In this document: positions 1 through 13,378 of the stretch, piece by piece
Numbering within the stretch: the first letter of the stretch is position 1
How the letters are laid out: every line of letters begins with the position of its first letter
Assembly: GCA_951804945.1 (NCBI GenBank)
Contig: OX638149.1
Location: 59,830,001 to 59,894,000, forward strand
From: Podarcis cretensis
Lineage: Eukaryota
Direction: 5' to 3'
DNA: 64,000 bases
Made by a program: the position numbers and the translations under genes
The notes under the pieces: model-generated
Seen by the model: the letters and a program-made list of their open reading frames with translations, nothing else
Told to the model about the DNA's origin: nothing
The model's database searches: none

Positions 1-810
1 TGTGTGGGTTGGTGCATTAATGCATTAATCAAATCATCTAGCCTAGAATACACATACACATACACACACACACACACTCCCAACTACAAAGATTATCGTA
101 GGATAATACCACTTTCCAAGAGTCTTCTGTACCAGTTTTCTAAATATATCTGCCCAGTACCTAATTGCAACTTCCTACCCAGATTTCTAGTTGACAGGCA
201 CTGGATGACCTCATACTAGCAATTCAAGTCTCCCCCACATAATCTGATATAGCCAATTTGACCAGGCTCCCGCCATCAAACTGAACTCACCAATTTCTTC
301 CTTCTACCATTCCACTTCACAGATTATGAATATGTTTGAGATAATCCCATCTTTTCCTGGATTCATTTGCTTATGTTGTTAGCTTTCTTCTCTGTCGTGG
401 ACAGCAGTTTTAGAAGCATGTTAGATAACAAGAAAACCTTTACATAATATAGGCAGTTTGGGGCTGGCATGGAGCCCCACGAGGTACCCTATTGTTTAAG
501 TTGGGCATTACCTGCAGAAGAGGTCACACTTACTTCATTATTTGCTACCGCTGTGCTGAAATTTTCTTTTGTATATTTCCACCATTATCAATTTGTTGGA
601 AAAGAGGAAGGATCAGAAAATTATCAAAGGGAAGAGAAATTTTCAGTGAAATTTTCATGACTGTGGCACAGGATTTTGTTGGCTTTACCTAACTTTCATG
701 GTAGCTTAGGGATTTAGCAAGAGTATAAATAAGATGACTGGTGGGTCTGTATTGTGTAGTCTTCCCTGGTACCAATGCTTCTTTAAAAGCACCATCATGA
801 CATCTTTGGC

Positions 811-1577
811 TGAGAAGACCTCTCCTCCTCCCAGAGGGGAGGAGTTGTGAGCGGGAGCAGCTTCCCATAGCAGCAGGGAGGCGTATTCGACTCCCTGCCT
901 CTGATTGCCTCTGCTGCCATGGCCAAGCCTTTCAGCCGGCCAATAGGGCCGGCTGGTGGGCAGGGTTTAACTCCCCAGTCAGTTCCTGCTTACATCGGCT
1001 CTCCCGCCCGCCCTCCCTTTTAGGTCAGCTTCCTCTGCGTATTGACCTTGCTATGGACTTCAGTTGGTTGCCTTGGTTGCCCAAGGGGCCTGGTAGAACT
1101 TTTTTATCAATTTGGCAAATTGGCACTAGCCTCTTGGTTTTTTTGCCTACCTCGTAGCAACTCATCACAACTTTTTTGGTATTGGCAGTTAGGCATTGGA
1201 ATATGTGTACTGTGTTGGAGGTTTGGGTATGGCCATCATCTACCCCTCCTCTTTTGGGCATTCCGTTAAAGGAATCAGACAGTCATGCATCCTGTTTGAT
1301 GCCCTGCTGGTGGCTAGGGCCATGGCACGACCCCCAGTGATATCATGGGGAAGCTTCCAGTTGCATAACAAGCTCCTCCCACTGGTTGTTAACCCCTGAA
1401 ATGACTCCCCGCTGAGCGGGATGGAGTCATGTATTGCTGTTTTATCCAGTGCCTAAGCCAATACCACTCACATGCTGTAACCAATAAAGTTGTGGCCTAA
1501 TTTTGCCCATTAACCTAAAATAATGTGTCTTTGTGTTTTATTATAATCCTATGTGGGTGGCGGGTCCTCAACTCACA
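811..1577 (+). mobile_element. Solo-LTR-like repeat (copy A)
   Basis: Begins TG and ends CA; AATAAA at 1483-1488 near the 3' end; clearly homologous, as reverse complement, to 3085-3725 and ~2045-2840. No TSD recognised, family not identified. Confidence 0.6.
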
Positions 1578-2044
1578 AAACACAACGGCTGCGTACCATG
1601 CACCTAACGGGTTTTTTATTTTAAAAAGTTCTGATATTTTTTGTTATAAAGAAATTGGTGCAGAAAGATTTTTTTTTTTAATAGGACTTCCCTTAAAAAC
1701 CAAATCAGAGTGCACCGATCTCAGGTGCTTGTTAGCCAACTTCCCCTGCTTCTTGAGCTTCCACTAAAGCCATGGAATGGACTTGTCAAGTAACTGCTTC
1801 CATGGGGCTTTGTCAGATAAGGAACAAAGGAGCTGCAGAGAACTATAACCTCAACCCTACACCCACCAAAATTGTAAAGAAATTCTAGAGTGATAGCAAA
1901 TGGGAAGGAAAAAATAGTAGCCTCTTTCACAATGGAAGAAACTTTTGAGAAATTGAAAGACAAGTTTCAGCATAGTACAACCCTATTGTATGCTGCTGCT
2001 GCTATCTTTTTCTTTGACATTTATAATGTTTGCATGGCAAGTTT

Positions 2045-2840
2045 CCTCCCCCAGATGAAATGAAGACACGGACACATTGCTTTAAGGTTAATGGGCGTGA
2101 AAGGCCACAACTTTATTGATTACGGAATTGAAGGTATTGGCCTTAGGCATTGGCTTCTATCGACTACCCGGCATGGTGACCGGGAGGGGTTGAACACAAA
2201 CTGCAGGAGTCCTGTTGAAGTACGCCAACTAGCATCCCACGGGTGTCACCGCTCGGGGGCGTGCCGGAGGCCCTACCTCTCCAGGCTTCGGACAAGGCCA
2301 CGCCCCCCCTGGGAGTCCTTTACCGGACTACCCCTTCTCATTGGGGGGAAGGTGATGGCGCTCCCTTCCCCCCTCCTTTTTCCTATAATTTGCCCCATGC
2401 CAATGCCTAACCGCCAATACCGAGAAAGTTGTGACGATTGCTACGAGGTAGGCGAAAAAACCAAAAGGCAAGCAGTGCGCCAACTTGGAAAAATTCCTAC
2501 CAGGCCCCTTGCGGCGACCAACCGAAGTCCATAGCAAGGCCAATTCTAGCTAAGCCTAAGGGTGGGTGGGACGGGAAAACCGCTCAGCTGCTGGGGCGAG
2601 GGGAAAAGAGGGCGGTCCCTGGGCGTGCCTGGCCTTAAGTAGCCCAGGCCGCGCCTCCCCTCGCCCGCCGATTGGCGAGCGGGGTTGCAGGCACGCCCAG
2701 GGATTCCCTAATTCTCGCGGGGGCAAGGGAAGCCCCCGCGAGTGTGGGAGGGTCCTGCCCGCAACACCCTCTCCTCTCCAGCCTCGGAAAGGGCTTTGTC
2801 TTTGGGCTTATAGTCTTTATGTTCCTGTGCCATATTGTCA
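2045..2840 (-). mobile_element. Solo-LTR-like repeat (copy B, diverged subfamily)
   Basis: Shares blocks such as aaggccacaactttattgattac and gctacgaggtaggcgaaaaaacca with 3085-3725; boundaries approximate. Confidence 0.55.
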
Positions 2841-3084
2841 CTTCCCTCTTCTCTTGAGATGCTTGTTTAGGACCAAACCATAGAAGATTGAAGCTAGTAG
2901 TGGCCAAAGCAGGGGTGAATTGGATAAAGACTGTGGTACTGGGAGAGAAAAGATTTATCTCTTTTCCCATGTCACTTGCTTAATCTAAATCACCAAGCTG
3001 GTATTGACTTCTTAAGGAAATCAGCTATGTACCCATATGCTTTCCCTAATGTGGCACTAGCAATTGCAGAGAGGAAAAGGATAT

Positions 3085-3725
3085 TGTGATTCGAGGACCC
3101 GATCCCCGCTTGGGGAATAAAGACACGTGGACACAGAATGTAAGGTTAATGGGTAAGGTAAAGGCCACAACTTTATTGATTACAGCATGTGAGAAGGTAT
3201 TGGCTTAGGCACTGGACCACGGAACATTAGACTCCACCCACTCGTAGAGGGGTGAGTCTGAGGAGGGGTTAACCACCAGTAGGGGAAGCCTGTTGATGCT
3301 AATCCAACTATAGGCTCTCTTCCTGATGTCACCGAGGGTCGTGCCATGGCCCCCCGCCACACGGGCATTGGATCCACGACCGCCGGATTCCTTTAGCGGA
3401 ATACCCAAAATTGTCGGGGAAGGCGATGGCCACACCTTGCCACCCGAAACACCAACAACACATTCCAGTGCCTAACCGCCAAATACCACGAAAGTTGTGA
3501 CGGTTGCTACGAGGTAGGCGAAAAAAACCAAGAGGCTGGGCCAATTTAGCCAATTGGAAAAAAACTCCTACCAGGCCCCCTGGTTAAACAGGGCGACCAA
3601 CCAGAGGTCCATAGCAAAGTCTCAGGAACAGCTAATCTAAAGGGAGTGGAGCGCCCCCTGCATGACGCGGGAATCATCTCCCGATCACAACCCCTCACCT
3701 CCTGGGAGGAGGAAAGGTTTTTACA
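3085..3725 (-). mobile_element. Solo-LTR-like repeat (copy C)
   Basis: TGTGA...TTACA termini; reverse-complement homologue of 811-1577; minus-strand AATAAA (tttatt 3172-3177). Confidence 0.6.
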
Positions 3726-4617
3726 TCAGGAAACTCCTTGTGATTGGAACCTATAATAAAGATGGCCATCCATAGTTTTCCTGGAGGTCAGACTCCAGAG
3801 GCCTCCAATGTGGAACTCTTCTTCCTCACCACCACCGCCTGCCTGACTACGCTAAAAGATCTAATGATTTTTGTTTTGTCATTTTTTCTGACTTTAAGAA
3901 GTTTAAGTTATGTAAGTTGCTTAGAGATTCTTTATGTAGCAAGTGACTAATGAATTTAAATAACAATAATATTTTATGAAAATAAAGTACATACCTTCTG
4001 AAGTGTACTTAAGTACTTGTGGGGAAAAAATCCAATGTGGTTCCTGTGCAGATTTGTGTCAAGAGCAAATTTTGGTCAAAGACACTTTATATTTAATTAC
4101 ACTCACAGCTGTCTGGGTATGCGTTAAAAGGCTGTCACGATTATGGTTTGGCTTCCCAGTGTGTTTACAAATCATGCAAGCAATAGATGTTTCTGGGGGC
4201 TGGAAGTCGCCATTATGGTTTATAAGCATGACAGGGATATAAAGAAAATGAGTCAAATTAAACTAATATCAATATATAGTATCTTTTGGTCTGTTGTACC
4301 TTATTTCCACTGCAGTGGAAAAATATTGATTCAATTCTCCATCTCCAAGTGCTTCCAAAATGTTAATTTGTGACAAGAATAATCAGATATGTGTTTAGGG
4401 GATTTTTATTGCTGGATTGGTGCTAGCTAAATAATAATAATTCTGAAACAGGAATATCTGCAGATTAGGTAGGGAGCTGCTAATTAGGTCAAAATCAAAT
4501 TCTTTGAACACTCTTCAAAACCTTATAGATATTGTTTTACTTTATCTTTTTCAATCAAGTTGTATTTTCCACATGTTTTAGTATAACTCTGTCCTTTCTC
4601 TCTCTCTCCCCCTGCAG

Positions 4618-4753
4618 GTTAATAATGAAAATGTAGTTAAAGTTGGCCATAGGCAAGTGGTGAACATGATTCGGCAAGGAGGCAATCATTTAGTTCTTAA
4701 AGTTGTCACAGTAACCAGGAATCTTGATCCAGATGACACAGCCAGAAAGAAAG
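4618..4753 (+). CDS. SHANK2: SHANK2 exon, C-terminal part of PDZ domain (VNNENVVKVGHRQVVNMIRQGGNHLVLKVVTVTRNLDPDDTARKK)
   Basis: Polypyrimidine tract plus cag acceptor, aag|gtatat donor, 136 nt (phase 0 to 1); translation matches the SHANK2 PDZ. Confidence 0.97.
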
Positions 4754-4851
4754 GTATATTCTTTTCATAGTTTGAACTGTTTATCGTATTTCCTTTCATT
4801 GAGAGAACAATGCAAATGAGAAATTATTTAGAAATATGTAACCCTCCATTA

Positions 4852-5104
4852 CCTGCCAACCTAGCAGTTCGAAAGCACCTCCGGGTGCAAGTAGATAAAT
4901 AGGGACCGCTTACCAGCGGGAAGGTAAACGGCGTTTCCGTGTGCGGCTCTGGCTCTGGCCAGAGCAGCGATGTCACGCTGGCCACGTGACCCGGAAGTGT
5001 CTCCGGACAGCGCTGGCCCCTGGCCTCTTAAGTGAGATGGGCGCACAACCCCAGAGTCTGTCAAGACTGGCCCGTACGGGCAGGGGTACCTTTACCTTTA
5101 CCTT
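4852..5104 (+). mobile_element. 5'-truncated Sauria-type SINE
   Basis: Near-identical to the 3' part of 6571-6934; (ACCTTT)n tail; 13-bp TSD taaccctccatta at 4839-4851 and 5105-5117. Confidence 0.9.
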
Positions 5105-6570
5105 TAACCCTCCATTAATAGAAAAAATACTGTATCACAGCAATTTTGAAATCAAATATATCCCAAGAAAAACATTTTTAAAATAGCTGGAGGAAGGTCC
5201 CACCTAAGTGTTCTGAAAAATGTCCTTATTGAGAAGTTTTCTTTTGCAGTAAAACAAGAAAAGGACTAACGAGGGACAACAAAAACCCACAACATAAAAT
5301 GCATAAATCCACAAGAATGGTGTGTAGGGTCTAATTGATCCCAGAGGTTTTTTAAAAACACAAAGCAACATATAATCTATTTATTTATTTATTTATTTGA
5401 TAGATTTATATTCCATCCTTCCTCCAAAATGGAGCAAAGGAATCTTGTGTTGTTAGCATACATATAACCTCATTATAAATTGTTACGTGAGTATAACAAT
5501 GCAGTTTACTGTGAGTTGCAAATGACTTTTACTTGAGCAGCTTATGCACAATTGCCACATTTACAACACCATGAATATGGGAAGCAGAATATTTACATAA
5601 AGCACATTGTTGCTGTGATTTTCTGCCATTGTGTCAATCACAGATATCATGCCTTCACCTTTTCCTGGTGTCAGCATAGGCAGGCTCTACCAATTTTGGA
5701 GCCGCTTCACATCCCAGGCAGGTTGGCTATGTGTCTATGCTCAGCTCAGAGTTTGATCAACTCCAGATACAGGTATACCAGGAAAATAATATTTTGGGAT
5801 GTTCACTCCATTGTGGTTTGCTTACCTTCCAAGCAAACATAGGCATTTAAACAGACACTATCAGGTCACAGTTGTGCATACCAGCTTTAGTTTTATTATA
5901 AGAAAGAATGATCTCAGACTTGTATTTGTGGACTAAGATTGCTGCATTTTCATGCACTAAAGAAAGGAAAATCACTGTCCTTCCATTCCTTAGCACATAA
6001 TATGTAAGTGCAAAAACAAAAAATGCTGCTGTTGACACTTCTGAATTTGTGGGAAAGGAACTCTGGGGGGATTTCTGGTTGCTTGTTTTTTCAATGTTGT
6101 TGCCATAGTCAGGTTTTTTCCTGCTTATTGGTGAAAAAGTTGTTATATTCTGTCCAGAAGACTGTAAATAGGTTGCTCGTTTGTCAACCGCTGTCTGACC
6201 TGGAATTTGAGCTGCTGATCACAGAGATGCCCAAGGCAGCTCTCAACAACACATTTTGCAAATATCTTCATGTAAACAGATAAAATCTAAAGTTTCTCTA
6301 TGGAGAGTTGCCATTAAGTCTGCCCACCTGCAGAGGGGGAGGTGCAAGTTGTTTGCAATTTTAAAGATGCAATTGAGGTGAAAATGACCCCCAAAGCAGA
6401 ATAAATAAGTATTGTTCAAATGAAGTCTACAAGTAGCTATGAGGAAAACAATAGTTTGGCTGGGTAAACAAGGACCTTCTCACTGATAAAAATGTTTAAT
6501 ATACAGTATTAAGGTTTGAAAATGAGTTTTATTAGCCTTTTGGGTATTATTGACCTCTAATATAATTTGT

Positions 6571-6934
6571 GGGGACGCGGGTGGCGCTGTGGGTAAAAGC
6601 CTCAGCGCCTAGGGCTTGCCGATCGAAAGGTCGGCAGTTTGAATCCCCGCGGCGGGGTGCGCTTCCGTCGTTCGGTCCCAGCGCCTGCCAACCTAGCAGT
6701 TCGAAAGCACCTCCGGGTGCAAGTAGATAAATAGGGACCGCTTACCAGCGGGAAGGTAAACGGCGTTTCCGTGTGCGGCTCTGGCTCGCCAGAGCAGCGA
6801 TGTCACGCTGGCCATGTGACCCGGAAGTGTCTCCGGACAGCGCTGGCCCCCGGCCTCTTGAGTGAGATGGGCGCACAACCCTAGAGTCTGTCAAGACTGG
6901 CCCGTATGGGCAGGGGTACCTTTACCTTTACCTT
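6571..6934 (+). mobile_element. Full-length Sauria-type tRNA-derived SINE
   Basis: A-box-like GGTGGCGCTGTGG, B-box-like GTTTGAATCCC, (ACCTTT)n tail, 13-bp TSD taatataatttgt at 6558-6570 and 6935-6947. Confidence 0.92.
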
Positions 6935-8575
6935 TAATATAATTTGTAGCGATACTGAGGAAAGTGAGTAATTTGATATGAAAACATACTTTTTTCATCT
7001 TCTATTTTCCTTTTCACAAGAAATTGAAATAAAAGGTTCTAGGCTAAGTATATGTAGACATGACAAGTAACTAATAAATTAAGCAGCATTTTGTGAGGTC
7101 ATTTTGACCCCTAGCACCTAATGTGCATGGTTTTTCAATTTTTTAGTCATTCCAGTGGGGTGGAGTGACTTAGAACACCACATACCAGTTCAAACCTCAT
7201 AATAGTTGAAGAATACATAGAACCTGGAATTGTGGAAGACTTGCACAGAAGTTTTATTTTTATTTTCAGCACTTCTGGAGTACATATGACCTCAATTATT
7301 GATGGGAGGTTAAGTTCAATTTGCACAATTTGAGCTTCATCCCACAATTTAATATGTGTTGTATTATTTTACAAAAGAGTTAATTTCCAAAGTTGAAAAA
7401 ATGCTCTTTTTTAATAGACATCAATTGACATGAGAACTAGTTTTTCCTGGTGCAGTTCTGCACTTTTGGAAAATGTGCATGAATAGCCCAACCATGTGGG
7501 CGGGGCTTGTTTAATGGGTCTTTCCTGATTGATTTGAATCCTATATACTATCTCTTATAGCATGATCATTTCCTGCATATTCATTTGCCATGGTCCTGTG
7601 AAAAAGGGGTCAATAGCATAGTGCATTTACATATGAAGCTCATTTCCTTTTGAAATAACTTGGCCAAAAAATTTTCTGCTTGGAGTTGCTCTCCATTATC
7701 TACTTCTGAAGCAGGGCATAAGTCAGTTGTACAGTTTGAATGCATGACCCATTAAGCTCAAACAGCTGCCAGTTTTATATATGTGACTTTCAGTAACAAA
7801 CGTAGTAAGGGCTACTTGAGATAAGCTGATTTGGGCAGGGTAGCAAAAATTGATATAATACACTCTGGATGTAACAACTTAAATATTTATCTCTGGTTGT
7901 AAGTTCTGGAGCATTTGACTGCTTTGAGCTCCACACAGCTAATGTATCATTGTTTTGTAGGCTACAATGACTTCCGTGTCTAACTCAAACTATCAATGAA
8001 CACAGCTTCAATCATTTTCTTTTTAGTTCAGTTTACAATACAAAAGTTGCGTATAGCCTATTGCTTTTCAAAGATTTAGAAGCATTATTATAAACTGTCA
8101 CTTTCTATGGTTCTCCTGTTCACTGCTTGTGTCCAGTCATGATTTCTGGTCAAACCCACTTGTCAGTCAGATAACTTTCAGGTCATTTGCTTCTGTTGAC
8201 ATGAGCTGTTCATGTGAGGCTCTTTGAGTAATGTAGAAATGCAGAGCTTACAGACTTCTACAGTACCATGTCTCATTTGATAAACCTTTAAGCATATAAG
8301 ATTCAATAGCATAAGCTTAGTTGTGAACCCGGCATGAATATCTCCTAAAATAAAATATATGTCAAAGAAATACTGTGGTGTCTTCCTTTCCTATGTGTGG
8401 AAACTGCTCTATGTAAACGTTGTTTCCAGAGATCAGTTAACTGATTAGCTACATAGAGAAAAACATATTTTCATTTAATTAGTAATGCATTTTTGTGTTG
8501 AATATGAATAATGCATATATGAGCATGCAGTGAGTGCTGTTTCTTATTATGTATGTCCTTCTGTTTAATGCAAAG

Positions 8576-8656
8576 CCCCACCACCTCCAAAACGGGCTCC
8601 AACCACTGCACTGACCTTGCGGTCTAAGTCAATGACCTCAGAACTTGAAGAGCTTG
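8576..8656 (+). CDS. SHANK2: SHANK2 exon (APPPPKRAPTTALTLRSKSMTSELEEL)
   Basis: aag acceptor, g|gtaaga donor, 81 nt, phase 1-1; matches the SHANK2 post-PDZ sequence. Confidence 0.96.
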
Positions 8657-9007
8657 GTAAGAAAGTGTTTCTTAAATGAGCATGCTGCAATAGCAGAGAT
8701 GAAAAGGCAATGTTAAGACTGTTTGAAAGTGAACTGCACCCTGTACAGAACGTGGTATTGGAAAATAAATTCCATGGGAATGTTGCTTTTCTGGAGATTC
8801 CCACGTGTGCATGATGAGCATGAGTGACCTTGTTGTGTTTAATTTTGTTTCCAGCTCTGCGACAGAATGTGTTTTATCATTTATGTGCATTGTTATTTTA
8901 CACATTAATTTAAAGCTATAAGCATATTTTATTAGCTTGTTTCCCCCCCCTAAGAAATCAGTTTATCTAATATTGTTTTATTTTAAATTTCTGTGGCCTC
9001 TCATTAG

Positions 9008-9016
9008 TGGACAAAG
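9008..9016 (+). CDS. SHANK2: SHANK2 9-nt microexon (VDK)
   Basis: ctctcattag|TGGACAAAG|gtaagc; phase 1-1; gives ELEEL-VDK as in mammalian SHANK2. Confidence 0.88.
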
Positions 9017-9547
9017 GTAAGCTGCTAGCTGTCGTTCTATAAAAGCTGACCCAGAAACAAAGTGTTGTACCTGAAAGGAAACTATCTCTTATTGGTGTTC
9101 ATTACCCCCAATCCAGCAAAAGCAATTTGTTAGCTTAAAGCAGGTTTCGGCTCTCAGATGTTCCCTACCATAATTTTTATCTCTCCTCCTGGATTAGGGC
9201 CTTTATTTATTTATTTGTTTATTTATTTATTTGATCCAGTGCAATCCTATGGATGTGTACTCAGAAGTAAATCCCATTGAGTTCAGTGGGGCTTACTTGC
9301 AGGTGTGCGTCTATAGGATTTCAGCCTGAATTTGTATGAACAAGAACATTTCTTAATCTTTACTTCACCTATTTTTGTGCAGAAAAAAATAGTATTATAG
9401 TAGTAGAATCCATTTTTACAATATTTAGTTAAAATATTTCTGATATAAGGTCTTTTTTATTTAAAGAAAACAGTTCAGCATTTTCCTACCTTTTAGTAAT
9501 CAAATATTTCTTGCATAGAAAACACTTTAGATATCCTGATGTCTAGT

Positions 9548-9711
9548 GCTGGATCTAGACACATCAAAGAAGTGTTTCAGTTTAAAGCGTAAATTTAAAC
9601 AGGGAAAACAGGTAGAGAAAAAAGGGACTCCACATCGCCATCTGGTGGCACATATTGCACATACAATGCATATAAATCACTATTTCTTTACCAGTCTCGC
9701 TGAGTCCTAGG
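9548..9711. repeat. ~165-bp dispersed repeat, inverted copy at 57820-57991
   Basis: Direct reverse-complement alignment of the two segments; contains a CTCF-like motif at 9636-9649. Confidence 0.85.
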
Positions 9712-11979
9712 TAACATCGAGTTTGTTTATTTAACACCTTTAGAGGTATTAAGCTGAAACATTTTAGAATAGAAATTACAGAGGTTTCTCAAATGAAGTT
9801 TATTTTTTATATAATCTTCATTTAAATTTATTTCTTGATTGTGAATTATCAGCAATTTTATTCAGAAATATGCCCTCCTTTGTACTATTTCCTGCTTTAA
9901 ATAACACAACAGACCAGTTGCAATTAATACTGTTTAGGTTTTGGAGGGATTAGGTGGGAAATAGGGGGCTATTTTATATGAGAGTTATTGGGTTTTTAAT
10001 TTTTTTTTGCCAACCTGTTTCACTTGCTTTGAATATCATGAAGTTATCCTTTTAAACAAATTTTTGTATCATAGCACACTCCTTGTTCATTCGCCATAGA
10101 AAAATGGGAAAGGCTCCCTTATGAACCATAAAAATAATGATCTTGTTGGCTAACTAGGGCATTTTTCTTCAATCTGGACATTGTAAGCTAACAAGAAGTT
10201 ACACCTGAGCAGAGAGAGTAATCACCAGGGTGACCTATTTAAGCTATGAAAATGTGTAGTACTCAGTGTAATTGACTTCCTCACAATGCTGCCTTTATAG
10301 GTCTTAGCATCCGACTCACAAACCATTTTGAGATTCAGGAAAAAGCTTTCTTTGGGCCACAACTGCACCTTCCTTCTGAGCTCCTTTCTTTTCTCCAATA
10401 AAATCACACAACTTCAAAGGAATGGCAGTTCTTCTCCGGCTGTAATTTGAAATCAGCTGCCATCAAGGGAAGACTTGGCCTCCACCATGGGCTTGAGTGA
10501 ATCACAGCAGCTCAGTCTCACTCGCTTGTATCAGAGGTCGTCGTTGGGAGCCTGACAGCTACCTGCAAGAGAAAAGTTGCTTCTGTCAGGGGCTGAGCAA
10601 GTTCCATTCCCTTCCCTCAGAGGAGATGTTGCCTAGTAGGCAGTGGTGAAAAGGTGATGTCAGCAAAGATGAGATCAGGAAATGCCTGAATGTTTAATCC
10701 TGGAACCATGTGGATATTGTGGTTGCTCACCATGTCCACAGGGGGTGATCACCCTTTGCTCTCTGCCTTCATCCCCGGCTACCAGGCCGCACTCGCTTGC
10801 TGGCCAGCTGCTGCTGGGGAAATTCCCCATGGCCAGCAGTATCAGGGGGTGGTCTTCCCACCAAGGAGGGCAAATTTGAATGGGAGCTGGAATGAAATAA
10901 GCTCAGCAGGAAGGTCTAGGTGTGTCTGTAGGAAAACTTGTGTTTTCTTATAGTTCTTGGTAGAACGCTAAGACCTATAAAAGCAGCTATGGAGGGAATC
11001 AATTGCTACACGTTTTAACACTCTAAACAGGTCAGCCTGATAATTACTCTGTCCAGGTGTAACTCTAGTTAGTTCACATTTTCTCTAAAGAAATACAAGA
11101 AAAGCTCCTGCCTTCTGGTTGCACATATTGGGTGTTTTATTTTTGAGAAGTCTATCACTGAAAGGATAGACATAAATAACCTTAAAGGAGTTGGCAGTAA
11201 AGAAAATGTCTTCCTGACCATTATAATATAGAAACTTGAGGTTTCTTCATCCTTCATAATTTTTATATTAAATGGTTATATAATTTTATAGAAAATTAAG
11301 TACTTTGCTATGATGAAAAATTGTCTTAAGAGCTAGAGATATCCACACCAAACGTGATTCAAAGTCCATGAATGTATGAGTAGGAACTTCCTTATTTACT
11401 TCCATGACATAATTGTAAGCAAGATTTTCTGGAATTGTGTTGAAGAGAACAGGACACCCTTGATTATACAGGGAAAGAGCACACAATACTTAAAATACTC
11501 CTGCATGCCTACCAATGCTGCTAAATATGCAAAGGCTTTACTCCTCTGCAAACTTAGGAGTAAATACCACTAATGTCATTTCTATGTTCCTCTGTGTAAA
11601 CTTGCATAGGATAAGGTTGTAGATGTGATGGTGTCTTTTGAAAGACCACCTACCATTTATAAAAGTATGCAAACGTTCATGCTGCGCAGAATATGGAGCT
11701 GAAAATTACGTTTTAGTCATGGCAATAGTTTAAATTATTATTATTATTGTTGCTGCTGCTGTTGTTACTGTTTATCGACTTCCTTTCATCAGTGATGTCT
11801 AACAAAAATAGTTCAAGAAACTATATCTATTGTGCACATAAATGTTTTATTAACTAGTTTAAATGGCTTTAAAAATATGTTTTTATTTGCCAGTATTTAA
11901 AAGAGATAGACTTACAGGAAGCTGCCATAAGAACATAGTACAAATATTTGTCCATATATCCAAAATTTCTACAATGACT

Positions 11980-12077
11980 CTCCATGGTTTCAGATGGGAA
12001 TCTTGCCCAGTCCCATCTGGTGATGCCAGGGATTGAATTTGGAACATTCTGCATGGAAAGCATGTGCTCACTATTTA
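11980..12077 (-). mobile_element. Degenerate tRNA-derived SINE fragment
   Basis: Minus strand has a B-box-like gttccaaattcaatccctggcatc head typical of squamate SINEs. Confidence 0.45.
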
Positions 12078-13378
12078 TCATTGAAAGTGTATTTGTATTG
12101 TCCCTCTTCTTAATGGGTTCCTCTTCCTACTTTTCTCTGTACTCTCTCTTCTTAAACTGAACCAGCCTCCCCCCACTCCATTTTCACAGGGCCATTCATT
12201 CCCCTTGAAAGCAGTGGGGGGATGTTGGTGACTTTTATAGTGATGGGTGGGAAGCAATCAAAGAACTTTGGAGTCCATGTGGGTCTACACTTCAGTCATG
12301 AATACTTTATTTTTTTAACAATAGAAAAGCTTTGTTGCCACAGTAAATGACAACAGCCACCATTCCCCACCACCACCCTCAATAACGCCTCTAGGAATAA
12401 TACTACATCATGACACAGCATAATTCTCAGGGGGCATTCTGTACTGAATTACAAAGGAGTGTCAATGCACTGCTCAGGGCAGCCAAGCTGCCACTTGAAA
12501 CATTGGGAGAGTTTTTTTAGGGTCCTTTACAAATATCCTCTCCCATCCCAGCCTGAAGATAAGCTCACTCCCACCCTAAAGTTCTTTGATTCTGATCTTC
12601 AGGGGCGGGTGTTATTCTTCCCCACCTCGAAAGCAAAAATAGTCTGGGCTGAATGTCCAACACTACGATTTTCTTATTTGTGACCAATAATATTTCTTAC
12701 CTTGTGGTATTCCAGTGGAATGTCTTTCTTTTCTTTGAACACATGACAGTGCCCTCCTTCTTGTGAATGAATTGTTTTGTTTAAAAACTACCCCTCAGTT
12801 TTAAACCAGTTTTTCTATTCTGTGTATTAAGGGGCTGCTATTTTGGAGGAAACAGCCCATTGGGTCAAGGAACTAATTTAGTGGTTCTGTGGAGCTCATG
12901 TTCAGCTTTGTGCCCCCTGTAATATTATACGGCTGCTTCCCAATTAGTGTTGCACAAGCTCTAATTCATGTCTGCCCCTCTTTAGAATCTGCACTAAGAT
13001 TGTCAGGAACTAATGGCCTAAGAAATTGTCACAATTCTTTCCCCTTTGAATTCAAACTCTTAAAATATTCCCCGCCACCACCCCTCCACAATCATGCTGA
13101 TATTTTTTAAAGTCTAAATCATACTGTTTAGCTTTTGGGATGAGATCTTCCTTTTCGGCATAGCCATGGTATTCTGCCTTTTAGTTTGTATCTTTTGGAA
13201 TTAGAGTTTAAACATAGCCTGTGCTAGTTTTGCTAATGCTTATGGTGATTTGAAAAAGGCAAAGCATAGTACTGAGTACGCTCAGTGTTGGTGCTTGAGA
13301 CTCAAACAGGGATTTATCATTTTAGAATGACCTTCTCTTCACATTTTATTTACCATTCATTCCCTTTCTATTTTCAAG

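Noticed and set aside
2091-2970. 105-147-aa ORFs
   Set aside because: Lie within LTR-like repeats; no gag, pol or env motifs seen.
6571-6660. tRNA gene
   Set aside because: A and B boxes belong to a SINE head with tail and TSD (same for 38627); no cloverleaf or terminator.
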